From Ignavibacteria bacterium (lineage in GTDB: Bacteria > Bacteroidota > Ignavibacteria > Tepidaquicellales > Tepidaquicellaceae), in the NCBI GenBank assembly GCA_016929695.1, contig JAFGII010000001.1:10629-74628 (forward strand): a DNA stretch of 64,000 nt, given 5' to 3'. The translations under genes and the position numbers were made by a program. The notes beneath the pieces are model-generated. The model made no database searches, was not told where the DNA came from, and saw only the letters and a program-made list of their open reading frames with translations. The first letter of the stretch is position 1. The number at the start of each line of letters is the position of its first letter. Below, one piece after another: positions 22,008 to 30,821 of the stretch.

Positions 22008-22433
22008 TTACTTTCTCACAATTAATACACTGCAATGAGCATTCTCACTTACTTTATCGCTGACGTGTCCGAGGAAATTACCCCATAATCCGGAAATGCC
22101 TTTGCTTCCCATTGCTATTAAATTAAAACTATTTTTTTCTGCATATTCAATAATAGTTTTTGCAGGATTTCCGGGTTTGGATATTATTTTTATTTCCTTT
22201 CCGAATTCATTTCCGATTGTATGAACTTCTTTTGTAAGTTTTTTAAAATATGAATTTGCCAAAGAATTTTCTTCTTCTATTTCGTCAATCGTTTCAGGAA
22301 AGTGTGGCAATGAGCTTTTTACCCAAATTGCCGTTATTTCCGAATTAAGTTGTTTGGCAAGTTTTGCCGCTTCCTTTAAAGCAAGTTTTGCCCCTTCTGA
22401 ACCGTCGAACCCTACGAGGATTTTTTTATACAT
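22008..22433 (-). CDS. Universal stress protein (UspA family)
   Basis: MYKKILVGFDGS start and C-terminal GSKGISGLWGNFLGHVSDKV...SVLIV. I moved the start to 22433 because AGGAG lies 7 nt upstream and the longer ORF overlaps the antiporter gene. Confidence 0.8.
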   Translation of the reverse strand: MYKKILVGFDGSEGAKLALKEAAKLAKQLNSEITAIWVKSSLPHFPETIDEIEEENSLANSYFKKLTKEVHTIGNEFGKEIKIISKPGNPAKTIIEYAEKNSFNLIAMGSKGISGLWGNFLGHVSDKVSENAHCSVLIVRK

Positions 22434-22443
22434 TTTTATTCTC

Positions 22444-23634
22444 CTATTTGAAAGATTTATTATTTTTCTTCTCAGATTTTTTGAGTAACCTTCCCCACGC
22501 AATCATTGTGGATTCGGAAGGCTGAAAAAATCTTTGTGCAATCATTGTTGGAATTATAGCACTCAGGATAACAACCGTTACAAGAATAGTGTATTGTGTT
22601 CCATCAATTATACCGTTGTTAAGTCCGAATAATGCCGATATAGTACCGAATGTCAGTCCTGTTGCCATAAGCAGGGAAGTATAATTTGCTTCACTGTTTC
22701 GCATCTTAAAATACCGAGCTAAAGGATACACTCCGATAATTTTAGTTCCGATTTTGATAAAAAGCAATATTAAAATTACTCCAACTGAAATCCATAATGC
22801 AGAGAGCGAAACATACAGCCCTGCTTTGATAAAATAAAACGGAGTGAACATTGCAAATGCAATCGTTCGCATTCTGTTGACCAGAGTTTTGTCTTTTACA
22901 AACACACCTGCAACGACAAGTCCAATCAGATATGCCGGAAGAACCGCCTCGCTTTTTGCCATAGTTGCAAGTCCGCCTAACATAAATAATACAAATAAAA
23001 TGAATTTAACTTCCGGCTCGCTTACTCTTTTAGAACCCATTCTGGCAATAATGAATTTTGTCATTCTTGGCATAAAAATCATCATTATTGTTAATGCAGA
23101 AATAAAAATGAGCATCCAGAAGTTGAATTCTGCAAACAAAATCCCGAGTGCGAGAACGGTTCCTAAATCGGTTATGAAACAAGCGGCGAGAATCATCTTT
23201 CCCATATCCGTGCTGTTGAGTCCTTTTTCTATCATAACAGCATATACAACCGCAACTGAAGTCGTGGATAAAGCGATTCCCGCTATCTGTGCCTGCTGAA
23301 GAGACCATCCGAAAATGTATTGAGTTATCATCCAGATTACGATGAAAGGAAGTATGAAAGATAAAATTCCAATACTGAAACTTGCTTTGAAATTTGCTTT
23401 CAGAGATGCAGGGTCAATTTCTGCTCCGGCAAGGAATGTAAGAACTCCGCTGCCCAGCATTGCAAGAAAATTAATCCATTCTGTGGTCTGATGCAGTCCG
23501 AGAAAATTTCCTGCTATTACACCGATTAGTATTTCAATTAAGGCAACGGAAATTCCAACGCGAATAGATATAAGGCTTGCAATAAAAGCAAGCCCCATCC
23601 ATATTGCCGCTATAATCCAGACATTATCTAACAT
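22444..23634 (-). CDS. Cation:proton antiporter (CPA family, Na+/H+ exchanger type)
   Basis: 396-aa ORF with about 11-12 TM segments and sequence style typical of the Na_H_Exchanger family (IASLISIRVGISVALIEILIGVIAG). Confidence 0.8.
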   Translation of the reverse strand: MLDNVWIIAAIWMGLAFIASLISIRVGISVALIEILIGVIAGNFLGLHQTTEWINFLAMLGSGVLTFLAGAEIDPASLKANFKASFSIGILSFILPFIVIWMITQYIFGWSLQQAQIAGIALSTTSVAVVYAVMIEKGLNSTDMGKMILAACFITDLGTVLALGILFAEFNFWMLIFISALTIMMIFMPRMTKFIIARMGSKRVSEPEVKFILFVLFMLGGLATMAKSEAVLPAYLIGLVVAGVFVKDKTLVNRMRTIAFAMFTPFYFIKAGLYVSLSALWISVGVILILLFIKIGTKIIGVYPLARYFKMRNSEANYTSLLMATGLTFGTISALFGLNNGIIDGTQYTILVTVVILSAIIPTMIAQRFFQPSESTMIAWGRLLKKSEKKNNKSFK

Positions 23635-23646
23635 TACTTTTAATGT

Positions 23647-24927
23647 TCATACATTTTTAAAAGCATTTTTGCCTGCAAAAACAGCCTGTTTGCCGAGCAT
23701 TTTTTCTATTTTTATTAAACGATTGAATTTTGATATCCTTTCGCTTCTACAGCCAGAACCTGTTTTTAAATGACCTGCGTTAACGGCAACGGTTAAATCT
23801 GCAATGGTTGTATCCTCGGTTTCGCCTGAACGGTGCGAAACGAAGCAGTTATAATTATTTTTGTATGCAAGTCTTATTGTTTCAAGTGTTTCCGTTACTG
23901 TTCCTATTTGATTTAATTTAATTAAAATCGAATTTGCAATTCCTTTTTTAATTCCTTCCGACAGTATAACGGGATTTGTGCAGAATATATCATCACCTAC
24001 AATTTCTATTTTATCTCCGAGTTCATCGGTCAGAAGTTTCCATCCGTTCCAGTCATTTTCGGCCATTCCGTCTTCAAGCAAAACAATAGGGTATTTATGT
24101 ACCCAGTCACACCAGTGTTTGACCATCGCCACGGAAGTTCTCTTTGATTTATCGGATTTGAAATTCACATACTGTCCGTCTTCCCACATTTCACTTGCCG
24201 CGGGGTCGAGACAAATGGATATATCATCACCGGGTTTATATCCCGCTTGAACTATTGCTTCCATAATCACTTCCATTGCTTCTTCGTTGGATTTCAGATT
24301 CGGAGCGAATCCGCCTTCATCTCCAACTCCCGTGTTGTATCCTTTTTTTATCAGTATTTTTTTCAGAGTATGAAATGTTTCTATTCCCATTCTTATTGCT
24401 TCCTGAAAATTCGGAGCATTGTGAGGTGCAATCATAAATTCCTGAAAATCAACATTATTATCCGAGTGTTTCCCGCCGTTTATTATATTCATGCACGGAA
24501 CCGGGAGTATATTGGCGGAAGGACCTCCTAAATATTTAAAAAGAGGCAAATTGCAGTATTGCGCCGCTGCTTTTGCCGCAGCGATTGATACACCAAGAAT
24601 CGCATTTGCACCAAGTCTGGATTTATTCTCCGTACCGTCTAATTCAATCATTTTCAAATCAAGATGCTTCTGTTCGGTTATTTCAAGACCTTGTATTGCG
24701 GGTGCTATTATTCTGTTTACATTTTCAATTGCTTTTAACACACCTTTTCCTCCGTACCTTTTTATATCCCCGTCTCTTAATTCCATTGCTTCTTTCTCGC
24801 CCGTGGACGCACCGGACGGTACAAGCGCGTTTGCCGTAATCCCGTTTTCAAGAGTTAATTCGACTTCAACCGTTGGATTTCCTCTCGAATCCAGAACTTC
24901 CATTGCTTCTGTTTTTGAAATTTTCAT
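23647..24927 (-). CDS. eno: Enolase (phosphopyruvate hydratase)
   Basis: 426-aa [27 protein letters not shown] and SHRSGETED motifs. Confidence 0.95.
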   Translation of the reverse strand: MKISKTEAMEVLDSRGNPTVEVELTLENGITANALVPSGASTGEKEAMELRDGDIKRYGGKGVLKAIENVNRIIAPAIQGLEITEQKHLDLKMIELDGTENKSRLGANAILGVSIAAAKAAAQYCNLPLFKYLGGPSANILPVPCMNIINGGKHSDNNVDFQEFMIAPHNAPNFQEAIRMGIETFHTLKKILIKKGYNTGVGDEGGFAPNLKSNEEAMEVIMEAIVQAGYKPGDDISICLDPAASEMWEDGQYVNFKSDKSKRTSVAMVKHWCDWVHKYPIVLLEDGMAENDWNGWKLLTDELGDKIEIVGDDIFCTNPVILSEGIKKGIANSILIKLNQIGTVTETLETIRLAYKNNYNCFVSHRSGETEDTTIADLTVAVNAGHLKTGSGCRSERISKFNRLIKIEKMLGKQAVFAGKNAFKNV

Positions 24928-25211
24928 TTTGATTTTGTTTTTATTGTTTTTAAATATTTTTGTTTTAATTCGTCTTTTACATCTTCGGAATAGAACAGAT
25001 TTACAGCCACATTATCATACAACTTCGGGATTTTATTTTTTTTCGTCTTACCTTCCCGGTTTAAATCAATTTCGAAATGTCTGAATATTTCCTTTTCACT
25101 GTAGAAAATATTACCGCAGTGATGACATCTGTATTGTCTCCCACATAAATTTTCTATTGCATATTTGATGCCGTTTCTGGTTCTGAATTTTGCTTTGATT
25201 TGCGGAATCAT
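24924..25211 (-). CDS. Small basic protein with a C2H2-like zinc finger
   Basis: 95-aa ORF containing [20 protein letters not shown]. Its TGA overlaps the eno ATG (ATGA). It starts 6 nt after the preceding ORF. Confidence 0.5.
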   Translation of the reverse strand: MIPQIKAKFRTRNGIKYAIENLCGRQYRCHHCGNIFYSEKEIFRHFEIDLNREGKTKKNKIPKLYDNVAVNLFYSEDVKDELKQKYLKTIKTKSK

Positions 25212-25217
25212 ATAATT

Positions 25218-25613
25218 TCAGATTGATTTAATTGCATTTATGAGTTTGTTTATGTCATTTCTGTATGTATTATTGTCAATTTCCATTTTCCCGTATCTCT
25301 GTTCCAAAAAACCGGGGAGCAATTCTTCTGCATAAAGTTCTAAAGTTGTCTTCTTTGACTTTATTAATTGCGATTGAGTCAATGTTAATCTGGTCAGCGA
25401 ATATTTATTGACTATTTCCTTTAATGCTTTCTTTATCCTGAAAATTTTTGAAATAAGTTCTGCATCTTTTTGAATTCCGGAATCCGCTATTATTCCGTAA
25501 GTAGAACTTTCAACTCTGTTCATAAGCAGGCATAATAATTCGTCAATACTTTTTTCGATTACATAAAGCCCTGATGATACGGTTCGCTTATGTTGTTTCT
25601 TTAATTTAATCAT
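25218..25613 (-). CDS. Hypothetical helical protein coupled to the dynamin-like GTPase
   Basis: 131-aa ORF. Its start overlaps the dynamin-like stop by 8 nt (ATGATTAA). Charged, helical composition with no recognisable motif. Confidence 0.45.
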   Translation of the reverse strand: MIKLKKQHKRTVSSGLYVIEKSIDELLCLLMNRVESSTYGIIADSGIQKDAELISKIFRIKKALKEIVNKYSLTRLTLTQSQLIKSKKTTLELYAEELLPGFLEQRYGKMEIDNNTYRNDINKLINAIKSI

Positions 25614-27366
25614 ATTTTATAAGTTGATTTTTTATATCCTTAAGTAAATCAAAATTATTCTGAATGAGTTTTGAATTACTTTCATACAGGGATTCTTCGG
25701 CGATTTTCATATTCCGGACTTTGCTTATAATATCTTTTATTTTTAAAATCGTTCCTTTAATGGAGTCAGAAAACTTAATATTGAAATTTCTGAAATATTT
25801 ATCGAGTCTTCTTGCCATGCTGTCATATATATACGATAAATTGTTGTCGAGTACAATATCGGTTTTTTTGATTTGTTTTTTTGTCATAAGTTTGTTGTGA
25901 TACCTCCTGCCCAGTATTCTCGCTAAATGCGTAGTATCTATTTCCAGCATCAGTTTATAATCGTATGTTATGTATTCAAAGAATTTTGGAAAATTAAAAT
26001 CATAATCAATTTCAACCTCATTCAAACTGATATTAAACGATTCCGATACTGCCTGATATATAGAATTTATTGTTCTGTTGTATTCCTTAAGATATTTATC
26101 GGTTAATTCTTTTGTTAACTCAATTACCTCAAATTCAGTTGATTTTCTGATTTCTTCAAGTCCTGATTTCAAAAGGAGTGAAAATTTACTCTCTATGTTT
26201 TTTCTGAAATCAGTTTTTCGTGATTTTATGTTATTTAAGGAATATTCTTTTATTTTCTTTTTGATTTTACGGTTTAAATCATTTCCGTTGTCAATGATTT
26301 TGCGCTGAATTTTAAGATAGATATTGTTTAAGTCTTTCTTAATCCTCTCGTATATTTCATCTTCGCCGGTTAGTATTTGATTCAGTAACTCATTCAGTCT
26401 GTTATTTCTTTTCTCGAGTTCTTCTAAGGGAATTGCATAGGATTTCTTTTCGAGTTCGAATTCCGTTTCGAGTCTGCGAATCAGATTTCCGAATTGCCTC
26501 GTGACAGATTTGTAAAGTAAAATTTTGCTTCTTGTTTCAAAATATTCAGCAAGGAAACGCTCGAAAACAGGGACTCTGCTTTTTTCTGTTTCTTTTTTAT
26601 TACCTTTGATTTTTGATGCAAGTGCCTGACTGGATGAAACGGGAAATAATTTGAATTCATATCCGGGATATCTTCTGGAAATAATATTCTTTGTAAACTC
26701 AATAATTTCCGCCAGTTCCTTTTCTTTCAGATAGTCTATTTTATTAAGCACGATAAATACATTGTCCGAAACTTTGAAGATTTCATTAAGGAATTCGACT
26801 TCGATTTCGGATAATACGGGGTCGGGAGATGTTACCAAAATCGCTGCATCAATTTTCGGAATGTATTCGTAAGTCAGGAGTGTGTTGCTCGTAAATGAGG
26901 ACCCTATCCCCGGAGTATCAATAAAAGTAATTCCTTTTTTCAGCAAATCATTCGGATAACCGACTTCGGCGTATTTTACATTCTTTGTGTTTTCCGGATT
27001 ATGCATTTCCGAAATGTATAATGTTAATTTATCGGAACTAACGTTTTTGATACTTCCGTCGTGGAAAAATATTTGTGCGGAAAACTTTTTTTTGTATTTT
27101 ACTACTGTGATTACAGAGGTGAGGGGAAGTACTGCGGAGGGCAATATGTCTTCACCTAATATACTGTTAATAAATGACGATTTACCTCTTTTAAACTGTC
27201 CTAAGACAGCAAAATTAACAGAATTTATTTCTAATTTATTTAATAAAAAATTTATGTTCTCTATATCATTTTCGCGCAAATAAGAATAAAATTCTTTATT
27301 AAATCTAATAAGATTTGCTTTTAGTTTTTCAGAATCACTTGTGGTATGTGTGTTAATTTGATTCAT
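25606..27366 (-). CDS. Bacterial dynamin-like GTPase
   Basis: 586-aa ORF. G1 GQFKRGKS, G3 DTPGIGS and G4 LNKID, followed by a long charged helical stalk-like region. No obvious hydrophobic paddle. Confidence 0.8.
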   Translation of the reverse strand: MNQINTHTTSDSEKLKANLIRFNKEFYSYLRENDIENINFLLNKLEINSVNFAVLGQFKRGKSSFINSILGEDILPSAVLPLTSVITVVKYKKKFSAQIFFHDGSIKNVSSDKLTLYISEMHNPENTKNVKYAEVGYPNDLLKKGITFIDTPGIGSSFTSNTLLTYEYIPKIDAAILVTSPDPVLSEIEVEFLNEIFKVSDNVFIVLNKIDYLKEKELAEIIEFTKNIISRRYPGYEFKLFPVSSSQALASKIKGNKKETEKSRVPVFERFLAEYFETRSKILLYKSVTRQFGNLIRRLETEFELEKKSYAIPLEELEKRNNRLNELLNQILTGEDEIYERIKKDLNNIYLKIQRKIIDNGNDLNRKIKKKIKEYSLNNIKSRKTDFRKNIESKFSLLLKSGLEEIRKSTEFEVIELTKELTDKYLKEYNRTINSIYQAVSESFNISLNEVEIDYDFNFPKFFEYITYDYKLMLEIDTTHLARILGRRYHNKLMTKKQIKKTDIVLDNNLSYIYDSMARRLDKYFRNFNIKFSDSIKGTILKIKDIISKVRNMKIAEESLYESNSKLIQNNFDLLKDIKNQLIKYD

Positions 27367-27373
27367 ATAAAAA

Positions 27374-27409
27374 ATAACTCCTGCCTAATAGTTTTTAAGC
27401 AGGAGTTAT
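27374..27409 (-). promoter_or_regulatory. Perfect 11-bp hairpin sequestering the SD of the dynamin-like gene (also terminator-like)
   Basis: Minus strand reads ataactcctgc-(14 nt)-gcaggagttat-tttttat-ATG. AGGAG lies inside the 3' arm. The hairpin plus U-tract also fits an intrinsic terminator. Confidence 0.45.
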
Positions 27410-27493
27410 CAGGTTTTTAACACCGGTTTTGGTGAACTCCATCACCTTTAAATTAATTTAATATAAAAATTGCGATATTGCAATTCACTTAAT

Positions 27494-28339
27494 CTAAAAC
27501 TTCGACGACAAATAAACAGTATCTATTGTGTTATTATTTCTAATTGTAATTATATCGTCGCAATATCCTGTATTGGGAAAATAATCAACAATCATATCCT
27601 GATAAGAAGAAGTAAGTTTTATTAAACCTGAAAGAGGATATTTACAATTATCTTGAATTTTAATAGGATTTCCGGAATCAAAAATATTATAACCGAATAA
27701 AGAATTCCCGTTTAATATTGAACCACTGCCAGTTAATAAAAAAACATCATCACCCCAGGTACCAAGGTCTCCAATATCAACTATTCCATTAATAAGAATA
27801 TCAGTACTTTCGTAACTATAATAGCTTCTATTAAAGTTATTTTTCAAATAAAAATAAAGCCTGTAAGTAGATGAATCAATCATCTTGCAGATAATATCAT
27901 CAAAGCCGGAGAACAAAACATTAAATGAATCATTTGTATCAATGCTTCTGTAAATATGAAAATCAGTAAAAGTGATTTTTGCAGTTAATGAGTCATTCTG
28001 AAAGATATGCTCATAATTTATTTCATATTTTCCTTTTCTTCGTGTCAAATTTGATCCGGAAAGGCAGGGAACATTTCCGTAGTCAACGATTATTTTCTTT
28101 GCTGATTGATTGTGAGTAATCACCGGACATATTACTGATGTAATTGGTAAATTTCTGTGAACTTTAATTAACAATAAAACCGCATCAGTGCACATTTTTT
28201 CAAGTTCGCATTCGACTCTGACTGTACTTGCTTCTGTTTCGACATTGGGTGTGACGGGTGTATTCGTCGTGCTGTCGTCACCGCACGTAAATAGAATTAT
28301 TGAGAAAGCCAGTAGAACAAATAGGATTAATTTTTTCAT
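27494..28339 (-). CDS. Hypothetical lipoprotein
   Basis: 281-aa ORF with a lipobox-like signal (LLAFSIILFTC) and a Cys-rich mature part. No family recognised. Confidence 0.55.
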   Translation of the reverse strand: MKKLILFVLLAFSIILFTCGDDSTTNTPVTPNVETEASTVRVECELEKMCTDAVLLLIKVHRNLPITSVICPVITHNQSAKKIIVDYGNVPCLSGSNLTRRKGKYEINYEHIFQNDSLTAKITFTDFHIYRSIDTNDSFNVLFSGFDDIICKMIDSSTYRLYFYLKNNFNRSYYSYESTDILINGIVDIGDLGTWGDDVFLLTGSGSILNGNSLFGYNIFDSGNPIKIQDNCKYPLSGLIKLTSSYQDMIVDYFPNTGYCDDIITIRNNNTIDTVYLSSKF

Positions 28340-28465
28340 TTTCCTTTCCTCGTTTTAGTTAATATAAATTTTAATAAAATAAATTTCAATTATCACAGAC
28401 AAATTATTATATTACGATACTCCTTAAGGCTATAGTAGTCTCTTTCTAATTTTTCGTTAATTTTT

Positions 28466-28499
28466 GTGGATTAAGTGTAAATTTTAGTGGATTAAGTGT
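28466..28499. repeat. Two 13-bp direct repeats (gtggattaagtgt) spaced 21 bp start-to-start
   Basis: Exact copies at 28466-28478 and 28487-28499, in the spacer upstream of the lipoprotein gene. Confidence 0.5.
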
Positions 28500-28610
28500 T
28501 AGAAATTAATACTGCCGATTTGTTTAAGAAAAGAAACATTATCTTACTATTCCACACAATTTCAAGAGTATTAAATTTATTCTTAATTCTCAATTCTTAA
28601 TTTTTAATTG

Positions 28611-29204
28611 TCAGTATTCCTTCCCGTATCCCGCGAAAATTCCTAGTCCTCCGAACGATTCTCCGCTAGACAAAACTATTTTACCCAGCAGTCCAAAATA
28701 ATTCCCGTAAAGTTTCACTTTTAAATCCAGACCGCCTTTAAAAAACATTTTCCCGTCTTTTGTCTTAACTTCGCTTGTTTTATTTTCCGGTTTGATTACG
28801 CTATGATATGTGCCGCCCGCATACAGGTCCAGCCTGATGCGTTTAAAGTCCGCCGTAAACCTCGGGCAGATGTTCACATCAAAAAATTCTACAGTTGCAG
28901 AAAGCAGAGCAGTATTCCCCGGTTCACCCACCACCACATCGCCGAGTATTCCGTAATAGTCCGCTCCCGTTCTGACTCCGAATGATAAAGAGGGAGTTCT
29001 TTTGTTTTTAATAAAATCAAAGTCCGCCGCAACGCATAGCGAATTCACAAAAATCAGCGTTGACGCATCAATCTGAAATCCTTTAAAATCCGCTTCCGCA
29101 TAAAAATTTGTTTCCGAATTATCCTGCTGAGCAAAACCGCTTAACTGAAAAATACAGCAGGAAATAACTGCCAGATAAATTGTTTTAACGTATGTATTGA
29201 CCAT
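28611..29204 (-). CDS. Small OM beta-barrel-like protein, paralogue A
   Basis: Start moved to MVNTYVK (29204), ahead of a signal peptide. Shares FKGFQ(I/V)DA, NYFGLLGK and GESFG.(L/I)GIFAGYGK(E/K)Y with the upstream paralogue. Confidence 0.55.
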   Translation of the reverse strand: MVNTYVKTIYLAVISCCIFQLSGFAQQDNSETNFYAEADFKGFQIDASTLIFVNSLCVAADFDFIKNKRTPSLSFGVRTGADYYGILGDVVVGEPGNTALLSATVEFFDVNICPRFTADFKRIRLDLYAGGTYHSVIKPENKTSEVKTKDGKMFFKGGLDLKVKLYGNYFGLLGKIVLSSGESFGGLGIFAGYGKEY

Positions 29205-29230
29205 TTTACATTTATAATTTATAATTGATT

Positions 29231-29791
29231 TCAGTACTTTTTCCCGTATCCCGCGAAAATCCCGATACACCCGAAAGATTCTCCCGTTGACAGGTCAACC
29301 TTCCCGAGCAAGCCGAAATAATTTTTATACAATTTCACTTTCAAATCAAATCCGCCTTTGATGAAAAATGTATTGTTTTTTAATAACTCTTCGCCCGACG
29401 GAGTTCTAGTTTCCGATACATGATGATATGTTCCACCGACGTTTGCATCTATTCTCATAGTATCGTTATCGGTAGTTAACCTCGGATAAAAATTGAAATC
29501 AAAGAATCTAACCCAGTTTGAATTTCCTCCCACGTCGAATTTTGTATATTTATCGCAGTATTCCGCTCCGAGTCTCACCCCGGATGATATTGCAGGGTCA
29601 TTGAAATTTTTGATTAAATCAAAATCAAATGCTGTCCCGAAAGAATTAATTAGAATCAGAGATGCCGCATCCACCTGAAATCCCTTGAAGTCGGGCTCTG
29701 CGTACAATGTTTTTGATAGTGTATCTTTTTGGGCGAAAGAAGAAGATTTCATAATAAGAATTGCAAAAAACAAAAAGATGATTTTCTTCAT
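29231..29791 (-). CDS. Small OM beta-barrel-like protein, paralogue B
   Basis: 186-aa ORF with a signal peptide. Collinear similarity to paralogue A, including a near-identical C-terminus. Confidence 0.55.
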   Translation of the reverse strand: MKKIIFLFFAILIMKSSSFAQKDTLSKTLYAEPDFKGFQVDAASLILINSFGTAFDFDLIKNFNDPAISSGVRLGAEYCDKYTKFDVGGNSNWVRFFDFNFYPRLTTDNDTMRIDANVGGTYHHVSETRTPSGEELLKNNTFFIKGGFDLKVKLYKNYFGLLGKVDLSTGESFGCIGIFAGYGKKY

Positions 29792-29842
29792 ACTAATTTA
29801 AAGAAACTTAAATTTTATGTATATGAATAAGTAATTACGTAT

Positions 29843-30154
29843 TTATTTATTTAATGTATTAAAACGCTCAAATTCTTTTTCAATATCAGACTCACATTCC
29901 GCACATATAAAATCTCCTTTGAAGAAAGGTTTGCCCATTTCTTTGCGATAATTATCATCGCTTAAGTCAAAAATTCTGTTGACAAATAATTCTGTTCCGG
30001 GGCTGACATCCCTTCCGCATTCATTACAAATTTCTGTTTTCTGATTTTTTTCTTTTATGTTTACTCTTAAAATAAAAATATAAAATATTATAACATACAT
30101 AATAATAAATTCATAAAGAAAATAATAATCATTTCTATTATAATTGTAATTCAT
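29843..30154 (-). CDS. Hypothetical membrane-anchored zinc-ribbon protein
   Basis: 103-aa ORF. One hydrophobic helix, then CNECG...(34 aa)...CAECE. The real start may be the internal MYVIIFY. Divergent from the R-M pair. Confidence 0.35.
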   Translation of the reverse strand: MNYNYNRNDYYFLYEFIIMYVIIFYIFILRVNIKEKNQKTEICNECGRDVSPGTELFVNRIFDLSDDNYRKEMGKPFFKGDFICAECESDIEKEFERFNTLNK

Positions 30155-30188
30155 TAATTTTATTCTAAAATTAAATTAATTACATTTA

Positions 30189-30821
30189 GTGGAAAAATCA
30201 ATAGTCGATTTATTTAACGATGGAAAAATAGTAAACAAAATTAAAAAGCGTTTACCTTATTTGTTTCAAATGGCAGAATTAGAAAGTTCCAGATATGGTA
30301 AAATCGGAATGGAAGTAGGCTCATTAAGAGAGAAGGTAATAATTGCTTTATTGATTTACAAATTCGGTGAAAATAATGTAAATATAAATATTCCGATTAC
30401 AAAAGCAGAAATCGATGTAATTGTTTTCGGTAATCCAATATCAATTAAAACTATATCAGGTAAAAATCCCGGTGGAATTAAATTGATTTGGACGGTTGAT
30501 GCAAATTCTGCTTTGGATTTTATGAATAATTATATTCCGATTTGCGATATGATATTGGTAAATATCATCTGGAATGATGAAGGCTCGTTTTATTATATTC
30601 CGATAGAAGTCCAAAGGGAAACATTTAATAAATTATGTAAAGAGAAATATATTAAACTTCCAAAACCCGGTACAAATCCCAGAGGAGTTGAAATGTCTAA
30701 AGATGCTATTATAGCATTAACAAATCATAAATTAATTAAACGAATACCTATCGAGTGGATAAAATCGGAAATAGAATATCGCCCTTATGAAAGATGGGTA
30801 GAATTATGGAGTGAAGAATAA
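30189..30821 (+). CDS. Putative type II restriction endonuclease
   Basis: 210-aa ORF (GTG start), translationally coupled (TAATG) to the DNA methyltransferase. Candidate PD-(D/E)xK element EIDV-x10-SIK. No other family assignment possible by eye. Confidence 0.5.
   Translation: MEKSIVDLFNDGKIVNKIKKRLPYLFQMAELESSRYGKIGMEVGSLREKVIIALLIYKFGENNVNINIPITKAEIDVIVFGNPISIKTISGKNPGGIKLIWTVDANSALDFMNNYIPICDMILVNIIWNDEGSFYYIPIEVQRETFNKLCKEKYIKLPKPGTNPRGVEMSKDAIIALTNHKLIKRIPIEWIKSEIEYRPYERWVELWSEE

Noticed and set aside
22434-22502. N-terminal 23-aa extension of the universal stress protein ORF
   Set aside because: The extension overlaps the antiporter coding end and lacks an SD. The internal ATG at 22433 has AGGAG at the proper spacing and yields the canonical MYKKILVGFDGS start.
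22844-23299. 151-aa plus-strand ORF and 92-aa minus-strand ORF (23030-23308) inside the antiporter gene
   Set aside because: They overlap a 396-aa polytopic antiporter ORF with a coherent TM pattern. The alternative frames lack any recognisable features.
24491-25084. 197-aa plus-strand ORF, together with 24247-24531 and 24573-24839
   Set aside because: All are antisense to the strongly supported eno gene and the zinc-finger ORF. They have low-complexity Ser/Phe/Leu-rich translations and no start context. These are typical shadow ORFs of an AT-rich coding strand.
25606-27366. Classifying the GTPase cassette as an Eleos (LeoA/LeoBC) system
   Set aside because: Only one dynamin-like ORF is present. 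The two downstream ORFs have no GTPase motifs, so the known three-component layout is not met. I keep it as an unclassified candidate instead.
29205-29270. N-terminal 22-aa extension of OM paralogue A, overlapping paralogue B
   Set aside because: The extension precedes the signal peptide and overlaps the upstream paralogue's coding end. The internal Met gives a normal signal sequence matching paralogue B.
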